Assembly (NCBI GenBank): GCA_964476895.1
Contig: CAYZCS010000007.1
Coordinates: 1-24,000 of the forward strand
Source: an uncultured Candidatus Saccharibacteria bacterium
GTDB taxonomy: Bacteria; Patescibacteriota; SICC01
Direction: 5' to 3'
DNA length: 24,000 nt
The notes below the pieces were generated by a model. That model did not search any database. It was not told where the DNA came from and saw only the letters and a list, made by a program, of their open reading frames with translations. This document shows, piece after piece, positions 8,823 through 14,818 of this stretch. Made by a program: the position numbers and the translations under genes. Every line of letters starts with the position of its first letter. The stretch's first letter is position 1.

Positions 8823-8871
8823 GAGGTTCCCGGCGACAAGGCAATCGGAATGCTTTGTCCCCGGGAATCTC
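8823..8871 (+). promoter_or_regulatory. Strong RNA hairpin in the leader of the SPFH gene
   Basis: GAGGTTCCCGG-C-GACAAGGC-[AATCGGAAT]-GCTTTGTC-C-CCGGGAATCTC: 11 bp + C/C mismatch + 8 bp, with two G.U pairs. Confidence 0.6.
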
Positions 8872-8908
8872 ACAGGGAGAGCTCCGTGGAGAAAAAGGAG
8901 AAGATCGC

Positions 8909-9901
8909 ATGCGCCACGAGTATGGGTACAGACGGATTTCGACCAGACGGGTCATCGGTTGGATCGGTCTGGGTATCGGGCTGATCCTGTTGATCCTCCT
9001 GCTGTTCGCGTGGCCGTTTAAGAAGGCGCCCGCCGATCAGTGGGCGGTCAGCTACGGCGGCGGCCCGTTCGAGAGCCAGCACTACCAGGGCACGTTCGAG
9101 CCCGGCTCAAACCTCCGGTTCAACGGGTGGTTCGACAAGTGGTTCGAGTATCCGGCGACGCTTCGTTCCTACATCGTCTCGAAGCAAGGCGGTGAGGGCG
9201 ATGTGCCGGGCAGCGACTCGATCCGCGCCACCACCAAGGACCAGGTGGAGGTGGAGTTCGAGATCACCACGAACTTCAAGCTCAACACCAACCTGCTCCG
9301 GAAGTTCCATGAGCAGTTGGGGCTGAAGTTCGAGGCCTGGGAGGACGATGGCTGGAACAAGATGCTTCGGGACTCGTTCCGGCAGCAGCTTGAGAACAGC
9401 CTGCAGTCCATCGTGCGCGAGTTCGACGTCGCCGAGGTCTGGGCCAGTGAGCGAGCGCTCGAGGAGATCCAGGATCGGCTCGGAGTCGAGCTCAATGAGA
9501 AGATCACGTCGCAGCTCGGGGACGAGTACTTCTGCGGACCGACTTTCCAGCACGGGCGAGCGGTCCAGGTACCGGTCAAGGAGCAGGTCGACGGCGAGAT
9601 CGTCACAAGGATGGAGCGAACGGATTGTCCGCCGCTCCAAGTAAAGATCAAGCGTCCGACCATCCCGCAGAAGGTGAAGCGTGCCTTCGAGGCTAACCGG
9701 ACCTCCGAGATCCTGGTGGTTACCAAGGAGAACGAGATCGAGCAGCGCCGGAAGGAGCGGGAGTCGATCAAGCAGCTCCGGAACGTGCTCTCACCGCAGT
9801 ACGTACTCCTCAGGGCCATCGAGGAGGGCAAGATCGACTTCTGGGTTCTGCCCGGGAATAACGGTCTCAACCTCCAGACCCCGACGAGAGCGGCTCCATA
9901 G
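8909..9901 (+). CDS. SPFH/Band 7 (prohibitin-like) membrane protein
   Basis: N-terminal TM (GWIGLGIGLILLILLLFAW), then SIRATTKDQVEVEFEITTNFKLNTNLL...FRQQLENSLQSIVREFDVAEVWASERALEEIQDRLGVELNEKI; GGAG upstream of ATG. Confidence 0.75.
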   Translation: MRHEYGYRRISTRRVIGWIGLGIGLILLILLLFAWPFKKAPADQWAVSYGGGPFESQHYQGTFEPGSNLRFNGWFDKWFEYPATLRSYIVSKQGGEGDVPGSDSIRATTKDQVEVEFEITTNFKLNTNLLRKFHEQLGLKFEAWEDDGWNKMLRDSFRQQLENSLQSIVREFDVAEVWASERALEEIQDRLGVELNEKITSQLGDEYFCGPTFQHGRAVQVPVKEQVDGEIVTRMERTDCPPLQVKIKRPTIPQKVKRAFEANRTSEILVVTKENEIEQRRKERESIKQLRNVLSPQYVLLRAIEEGKIDFWVLPGNNGLNLQTPTRAAP

Positions 9902-9973
9902 CTGAGCGACACTACGGCCCCATAGTCTGGCCTCTCACGAGGTGGCCTGAAACAACAGACGCCAGGGGGATTC

Positions 9974-10014
9974 CGGCAGGTTAATGCGAGATATCATATC
10001 TCCATTGCCTGCCG
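9974..10014 (+). promoter_or_regulatory. Imperfect hairpin immediately upstream of hammerhead ribozyme 1
   Basis: CGGCAGG (9974-9980) / CCTGCCG (10008-10014), with inner AATG/CATT and GAGAT/ATCTC around a small loop. Confidence 0.5.
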
Positions 10015-10021
10015 CCCCCGA

Positions 10022-10070
10022 CCCTCTCGCATAGCGACTGATGAGACCCGGGAAGTTCGGGTCGAAAGGG
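10022..10070 (+). ncRNA. Type III hammerhead self-cleaving ribozyme (copy 1)
   Basis: CCCU-C^-UCGC-AUA-GCGA-CUGAUGA-GACCCG-GGAAGUU-CGGGUC-GAAA-GGG. Stem I 4 bp, stem II 6 bp, stem III CCC/GGG plus U-A; predicted cleavage after C10026. Confidence 0.85.
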
Positions 10071-10167
10071 AAGCACGAATGCCGCGTTGGTAGAATACGG
10101 CGCTGGTATGATGTACTTGCTCGCCGTACCTTACCGCAAACAGTCAGACCCGTCGGAAGGAATGTAC

Positions 10168-10524
10168 ATGCAACGACTCTACGACAGTGACGTCATCCGT
10201 TCGATGTCGATGTACTGTGAGGATCCGCTGGTGCGGCTCATGACGCTCGCCATGGTACTGATGGGAGTCACGGTCACGGGCATACTGGTCGCCGTGACCC
10301 CCGATGCAAGCGCCTGGGGTATCCTGGCGCTCTACGTCTTCATCGGCATGCTGATCGTCGCGCCGAAGCACCTGTGGATGCTGTTCACCTACTGCGGCAC
10401 GTTGTTCACAGGGATCATGATCGAGCCACAGGGACCGTTTGTCATGGTGCTTCTGGCGCTGCTCTGCTTTGTCCTCGCGGCATTCGCCCGGAAGCGATTG
10501 CCTGATCAGCGGACCGTCACCTGA
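10168..10524 (+). CDS. Small predicted membrane protein (about 118 aa)
   Basis: Hydrophobic segments (LMTLAMVLMGVTVTGILVAV, GILALYVFIGMLIVA, FVMVLLALLCFVLAAFA). GGAAGGA precedes ATG 10162/10168; the track ORF opens at TTG 10087. Exact start uncertain. Confidence 0.6.
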   Translation: MQRLYDSDVIRSMSMYCEDPLVRLMTLAMVLMGVTVTGILVAVTPDASAWGILALYVFIGMLIVAPKHLWMLFTYCGTLFTGIMIEPQGPFVMVLLALLCFVLAAFARKRLPDQRTVT

Positions 10525-10592
10525 ACGACCGATAACGGACCTCGAACCCGCGCGCAGTGGTCCGTGTGGCTAACCAGCCATGTCGCGGGAGC

Positions 10593-10630
10593 GGCCATCA
10601 TGTACTTTAGTATCTGGTGGCCTTTTCTTT
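10593..10630 (+). terminator. Intrinsic terminator after the small membrane ORF
   Basis: GGCCATC (10593-10599) / GGTGGCC (10616-10622), inner GTAC/GTAT pairing, then TTTTCTTT. Confidence 0.7.
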
Positions 10631-10642
10631 ATGGTCCGGATG

Positions 10643-10671
10643 TTGATTATTTAGCTTAACTGTAGTATAAA
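10643..10671 (+). promoter_or_regulatory. sigma70-like promoter upstream of hammerhead ribozyme 2 and the metalloprotease gene
   Basis: TTGATT (10643-10648), 17-nt spacer, TATAAA (10666-10671); predicted start about 10677-10680. Confidence 0.7.
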
Positions 10672-10701
10672 ATCAAGCTACGGAAACACCGTGACACGGT
10701 C

Positions 10702-10752
10702 GCCGTCGCGCATAGCGCCTGATGAGACCCGGGAAGATCGGGTCGAAACGGT
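10702..10752 (+). ncRNA. Type III hammerhead self-cleaving ribozyme (copy 2)
   Basis: GCCGU-C^-GCGC-AUA-GCGC-CUGAUGA-GACCCG-GGAAGAU-CGGGUC-GAAA-CGGU. Stem III 5 pairs counting U16.1-A15.1, stem I 4 bp, stem II 6 bp; GUC cleavage triplet, cleavage after C10707. Confidence 0.93.
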
Positions 10753-10759
10753 ATCAACA

Positions 10760-11836
10760 ATGCATAGCGAAGCCAGTCCCAATCACGATTCGCAACCCGA
10801 GTCCACGGTCCTGGACCGCATGCGGTCATCGCGGGTCGTGAAAACCGTCTTGGGTGCCGCGTGTGCGGGCGTGCTCGCGAAATGCAGTGGTCCGTCGGCA
10901 CCACCCGAAATGAACGAAGTCCGCTCACCGCGCGCGGTATTCGAACCGCCCGTTCCGGCTGCTCCCGACCTTCCGTACGTAGCGGAGAGCCGCCCGGTCG
11001 AGTACTACGGCGGCCTGTCAGCGTATCGATCCATGAGGGTCAACAGGATCGGTCGGGAACTGTTCGAAGACGCCAGGATGGCGCGCGGATTCGAGATCGA
11101 ACGGGAGATCGAACAGTGGAACCTGGACCGGATGGGATTTCTACTGGTGCCCGCCGAGCTGCGCGGCCCCCTCGAAGCGTCCGTGGACGCGGAGCTGCGG
11201 ATGGAAGAGTTCTTTCTCAGCAAGGGCCTTCCGCAATATTCCGTGATCGATTACCTGGGCTGGCGGACGAGCGCTGAGATGATCGATGAACCTTTGCCGT
11301 TACCGGAAGTCATGCACGGGCTAAGCCAGCTGGAGCTGGACTATCTGGAAAGCCTGGACCGGGAACGTGAGGCGGCGATGCTCCAGGCGGAGATCATCGC
11401 CGAGGAGATCTACGGACCCACGCCCTTGCCTGCCGATCCGGAAAAGCGGGCTCAGATTCCCACGGTTTCCGTCCGGCTGGAGGGGTCTCCGAAGGTGGAG
11501 CGGGCGGTCAGCGAGGCGCTTGAGCGGTGGCAGGAGCGCGGCTACGACCCTCCGTGCGACGGTGACATCGAGCTCTGGGGCTCCAATCGGCTGTCTCGGC
11601 CGAAAGCGACCGCCCAGGCCCCGTTGTCGCCAAGGTTCGGAGAGCCTTGCTATATCAATTTTCGGGTTGATGAGATTATGCAGAGTTCGGAAGACCATTT
11701 GGCCAACGTTTCCGAGCATGAAATCGGCCACAACTTGGGATTCTGCCACTCGAAACAGGAAGATTCCATCATGTACAGCAAGCGCGAAGAAACAGAAGGA
11801 TGCGAGGTTCCTCACCCGAGTTGGACGGTCGAGTAA
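10760..11836 (+). CDS. Predicted exported metzincin-type zinc metalloprotease
   Basis: Zinc-binding HEIGHNLGFCH (HExxHxxGxxH), followed by SIMYS (Met-turn-like). N-terminal hydrophobic stretch VVKTVLGAACAGVLAKC. Track ORF starts at GTG 10691, inside the ribozyme region; ATG 10760 is in frame. Confidence 0.75.
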   Translation: MHSEASPNHDSQPESTVLDRMRSSRVVKTVLGAACAGVLAKCSGPSAPPEMNEVRSPRAVFEPPVPAAPDLPYVAESRPVEYYGGLSAYRSMRVNRIGRELFEDARMARGFEIEREIEQWNLDRMGFLLVPAELRGPLEASVDAELRMEEFFLSKGLPQYSVIDYLGWRTSAEMIDEPLPLPEVMHGLSQLELDYLESLDREREAAMLQAEIIAEEIYGPTPLPADPEKRAQIPTVSVRLEGSPKVERAVSEALERWQERGYDPPCDGDIELWGSNRLSRPKATAQAPLSPRFGEPCYINFRVDEIMQSSEDHLANVSEHEIGHNLGFCHSKQEDSIMYSKREETEGCEVPHPSWTVE

Positions 11837-11861
11837 GAGGTGGCAATCAGCGGACAGGGAG

Positions 11862-11907
11862 AACGGGCCGGTCTTCATCGAGGTATCGAGGAAGGGTCCG
11901 GCCCGTT
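11862..11907. terminator. Possible bidirectional terminator between convergent genes
   Basis: Perfect 10-bp inverted repeat AACGGGCCGG (11862-11871) / CCGGCCCGTT (11898-11907) with inner CTTC/GAAG. U-tracts weak on both sides. Confidence 0.5.
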
Positions 11908-11911
11908 GTAG

Positions 11912-12193
11912 TTATCGGTCCCGTGGGTCATAACCGTTGTCGTGGTAACGACCGATCGCGCCTCCCAGTGCATGAAAGAAAGGGATGATGTTAAGTACCG
12001 AAACCGCGACGAAAAGACCAATAATGGTGAATCCCAGAATGAACGTCAGCAAGGCGCCGATGTATGTCTCCGGGAAAGCCAGCAGCAGGAGTTCGGCCGC
12101 CGGATAGGTCGCCAGCATGGGCCCGAAGCAGTAGAGACCATTCCGGAGCACCGCACGGTACTCCGGTACGGCGAACAGCGGCAATGAGCGCAT
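11912..12193 (-). CDS. Small predicted membrane protein (93 aa)
   Basis: Two hydrophobic segments, AAAGGAG Shine-Dalgarno 5-6 nt before ATG, upstream TACAAT -10-like box. Confidence 0.65.
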   Translation of the reverse strand: MRSLPLFAVPEYRAVLRNGLYCFGPMLATYPAAELLLLAFPETYIGALLTFILGFTIIGLFVAVSVLNIIPFFHALGGAIGRYHDNGYDPRDR

Positions 12194-12262
12194 GAGTGCT
12201 CCTTTGGTCGGGAACGGGACGTGATGTGAATGTGAGCGGCGAACTTATTGTACGCTGAATGC

Positions 12263-12595
12263 ATGGCTTCTTTCGACGACTTCCAGAAGCTCGACATCCG
12301 GGTCGGCGAGATCGTCTCGGCGGAGGAATTCCCGGAGGCGCGAAAGCCCAGCTACAAACTGACGATCGACTTGGGGCCGGGGCCCGGCACCAAGCGGTCG
12401 TGCGCGCAGCTTACGGCAAACTACCCGCGGGAGTCGCTCGCGGGCAAGCGGGTGCTAGCGGTGGTGAACTTCCCGCCGCGGCAGATCGGCCCGGCGGTCT
12501 CGGAGGTACTGACGCTCGGCGTGCCGGACGCGAAGGGCGAGTGCGTCCTGCTCACCCCGGACGCGGACGTGCCGTTGGGTGGGAAAGTGTATTAG
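12263..12595 (+). CDS. tRNA-binding domain protein, CsaA/MetG-beta-like
   Basis: FQKLDIRVGEIVSAEEFPEARKPSYKLTIDLGPGPGTKRSCAQLTANYPRESLAGKRVLAVVNFPPRQIGPAVSEVLTLG. Confidence 0.9.
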   Translation: MASFDDFQKLDIRVGEIVSAEEFPEARKPSYKLTIDLGPGPGTKRSCAQLTANYPRESLAGKRVLAVVNFPPRQIGPAVSEVLTLGVPDAKGECVLLTPDADVPLGGKVY

Positions 12596-12604
12596 CGGGT
12601 GGGT

Positions 12605-13108
12605 CTAATTAAGCCAGTCTAAGAAACGCTCGACATCCCGTTTTGATTTCAGGTGCACTACTTTTTCCGAATGTTTCGTAAGAAATCTTTGTGTGTTCTT
12701 CAGGCGATCGCCGGCTAGTTGGAACATCGCTTGAAAATGACCGAGGTCGTTCCACCAGTTCAGTTCCGGGTGACGATCTTTCTTGGATATTCTTTTCGCA
12801 TGTCGAATTACACGTCGCCATAGCGGGATATCCAGGAACACGATGATGTCAGCCCGCTCCGCGATCTCGGGTTGCACGCGGCGATACAATCCATCGCTGA
12901 CCCAGATCGGCTTTTTGATGAATTTCGCTACCTCGGCCTCTATCTTTCTTCGGACGCGCTCTTTCTCTTTTTCGCTTTTCGCATTGTGACCGCCCTCCGA
13001 GAACCAAATCCGGTCGATTTCCAGGCGAGGGATCCCGGCATGCCGAGCAATCCGCTTGGCGAGCGTCGTCTTCCCACTCGCGCTAAGGCCGAGGATAGAG
13101 ATCCTCAT
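12605..13108 (-). CDS. P-loop adenylate kinase-like / DNA topology modulation (FlaR-like) protein
   Basis: MRISILGLSASGKTTLAKRIARHAGIPRLEIDRIWF...RADIIVFLDIPLWRRVIRHAKR; Walker A GLSASGKT. Confidence 0.75.
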   Translation of the reverse strand: MRISILGLSASGKTTLAKRIARHAGIPRLEIDRIWFSEGGHNAKSEKEKERVRRKIEAEVAKFIKKPIWVSDGLYRRVQPEIAERADIIVFLDIPLWRRVIRHAKRISKKDRHPELNWWNDLGHFQAMFQLAGDRLKNTQRFLTKHSEKVVHLKSKRDVERFLDWLN

Positions 13109-14094
13109 GACTTCCCATGAAACTTCTTATGCACCTCCCGCAGCTGCGGGTTGGTGACGTGCGTGTAGACCTGCGTGGTCGTGATCGAGGCGTGGCCGAG
13201 CATCTGCTGCACGCTCCGGATGTCGGCACCGCTGCGGAGCAGGCCCGTCGCGAACGAGTGCCGCAGCGTGTGCGGGGTCACGTCCTTCACCAGGCCCGCC
13301 GCCGTCGTGTACTTCTTCAGGATCCGCTGCACGGACCGCGGCGTGAGCCGGAGGTCCCCGCCGTCAGCTTCGCGGCCTTTCGGCTCGTCTGAACGGGTGA
13401 GGAGCGGCCGCATCGCGGCGCGGCGCTTGCCGAGGTAGGCGGCCAGGTATCCCGCGGCCCGCTCGGAGAGGAAGACGATCCGCGGCTTGTCGCCCTTGCC
13501 GCGCACCATGAACTCGCCGCGTTCGGCGTTCACCTGGTCGGTGTCGAGGGCGCACAGCTCGGACACGCGCAGCCCGGTGGAGTAGAGGAGCTCGAGGATC
13601 GCGCGATCGCGGAGGCTCGTGAACGTGTCCTTGGTACCGGCGGATTCCAGGAGCCGCTCGACTTCCTCGCCGGTCAGGAACTCGACGCTCCGCCGTTCGG
13701 TCTTCCCGAGTTCGATCTTGTCGGCGGAGAGGGTCTTCACGTCCCGCCGCGCCAGGTATTTGAGGAGCGCCCGGATCGCGATCACGTGGTAGTTCTGCGT
13801 GAGCCGCGTAAGTTCGCCGCCGTTCTGGTTCGGCTGGCGGTTCAGCCAGAGCCGGAAGCTCCGGACCGCGTCGATCGTGATGCCCTGCGGCGCGGTCACG
13901 CCGTGCCCCGCGCCCCAGCGCGCGAACCGGCTGAGATAGTGGTCATAATTTCGGAGTGTGAGCCGCGAGAGCTGCCGCTCCACCTCGCAGTATTCGAGGA
14001 ATTGCGTGATGTACTCCGCGAGTTCGGTCTTCGGGCGGGGCGGGGGCTTAACGCCCGGCGCGGGAGTGTGGCCAGATGTCGCTTTTTCTGACAT
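13105..14094 (-). CDS. Tyrosine recombinase, XerC/XerD-like
   Basis: RDRAILELLYSTGLRVSELCALD; TPHTLRHSFATGLLRSGADIRSVQQMLGHASITTTQVYTHV (RHRHY catalytic set). Confidence 0.93.
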   Translation of the reverse strand: MSEKATSGHTPAPGVKPPPRPKTELAEYITQFLEYCEVERQLSRLTLRNYDHYLSRFARWGAGHGVTAPQGITIDAVRSFRLWLNRQPNQNGGELTRLTQNYHVIAIRALLKYLARRDVKTLSADKIELGKTERRSVEFLTGEEVERLLESAGTKDTFTSLRDRAILELLYSTGLRVSELCALDTDQVNAERGEFMVRGKGDKPRIVFLSERAAGYLAAYLGKRRAAMRPLLTRSDEPKGREADGGDLRLTPRSVQRILKKYTTAAGLVKDVTPHTLRHSFATGLLRSGADIRSVQQMLGHASITTTQVYTHVTNPQLREVHKKFHGKS

Positions 14095-14161
14095 GTCCTA
14101 TATTGTGCGACATTTAGACGGGGAAAGCGAGCAATAATGTTGGGCCGGTAGTATCCAGCGT

Positions 14162-14647
14162 CTAGCGAAGGCTTTCCACCACGGACGTCACTTCCTCGAT
14201 CCTGTCCGCCGGCAACGCCTCTTGGTTCAGGCCCATCTCGTGCTCAAGCGAAAGATTCGCGTAACCCTCGACGAGCCAGGCCTCCAGTTGGCCGGTGTCG
14301 CCCGCTTCGCGTGCTCGCTGTATGTCCTCGATGGAGAACGGTGGGTGATACCGGTGCTCCCGCACGATCCCGTGGTCATCCCGCGTGAAGACCTGCTGCT
14401 CAGTGGAGTCCGCTACTCTCCTGATGATGCGGTAGAAACGGCTGCCTTCGACCTCCACGGGCTGCAGGGTGACCGGGCTGAAGTCCCGGTCGACGAGCGC
14501 TAGCTCCGGTCCGATCAAGCCATTCGAAATGCTGTGGGAATACTCCTGCCACTTGGCGTCGAACGCGCCATCGAGCCGTTCGACGGCCGCTTCCTGTTCG
14601 GCGAGCCGCCGTAGTTCGTCGTTCTCATGATTCTCTTCCCTGGTCAT
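14162..14647 (-). CDS. Hypothetical protein (161 aa, acidic)
   Basis: Good-length ORF, promoter-like sequence immediately upstream, no recognised domain. Confidence 0.55.
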   Translation of the reverse strand: MTREENHENDELRRLAEQEAAVERLDGAFDAKWQEYSHSISNGLIGPELALVDRDFSPVTLQPVEVEGSRFYRIIRRVADSTEQQVFTRDDHGIVREHRYHPPFSIEDIQRAREAGDTGQLEAWLVEGYANLSLEHEMGLNQEALPADRIEEVTSVVESLR

Positions 14648-14655
14648 GACGCCCC

Positions 14656-14684
14656 ATCGTAACGGTAAAAATACCGTTAGACAA
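14656..14684 (-). promoter_or_regulatory. Possible promoter whose spacer is filled by a palindrome
   Basis: Minus strand TTGTCT - AACGGTATTTTTACCGT (17 nt) - TACGAT; 8-bp inverted repeat TAACGGTA/TACCGTTA at 14660-14667 and 14672-14679. Confidence 0.45.
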
Positions 14685-14736
14685 AGAAAAAAGAGAGGAG
14701 AAAGTCATATGGGTGATGAATTTGATTCCTCTCTTT
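14684..14736 (-). terminator. Probable intrinsic terminator for the 14819-15469 minus-strand gene
   Basis: Minus strand AAAGAGAGGA ... TCCTCTCTTT (10 bp perfect; 14727-14736 and 14690-14699) running into TTTTCTTTG; loop is 27 nt. Confidence 0.5.
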
Positions 14737-14818
14737 GGAGTGTATTCCCCGTCCGGAACATCGCTGATGCGATGCGGCCACTCGGATTGAGTACGGGGTT
14801 ACGGGCCGGTTGGTGGTG

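Noticed and set aside
10531-10590. Minus strand contains tRNA-like pieces (TGGCTGGTTAGCCA D-arm-like; GCGGGTTCGAGGTCCG T-arm-like)
   Set aside because: No matching 5' acceptor strand for TATCGGT and no valid 5-bp anticodon arm; the stronger pairings here cross the tRNA geometry. At most a tRNA 3' fragment.
10691-10759. Extension of the protease ORF to GTG 10691 as in the track
   Set aside because: This part is the ribozyme sequence and starts only about 12 nt after the predicted transcription start; ATG 10760 in the same frame is more sensible.
13105-14094. Tyrosine recombinase as evidence for an integrated mobile element
   Set aside because: XerC/D-like, with no adjacent att repeats, phage or transposon genes; a housekeeping dimer-resolution recombinase is the simpler reading.
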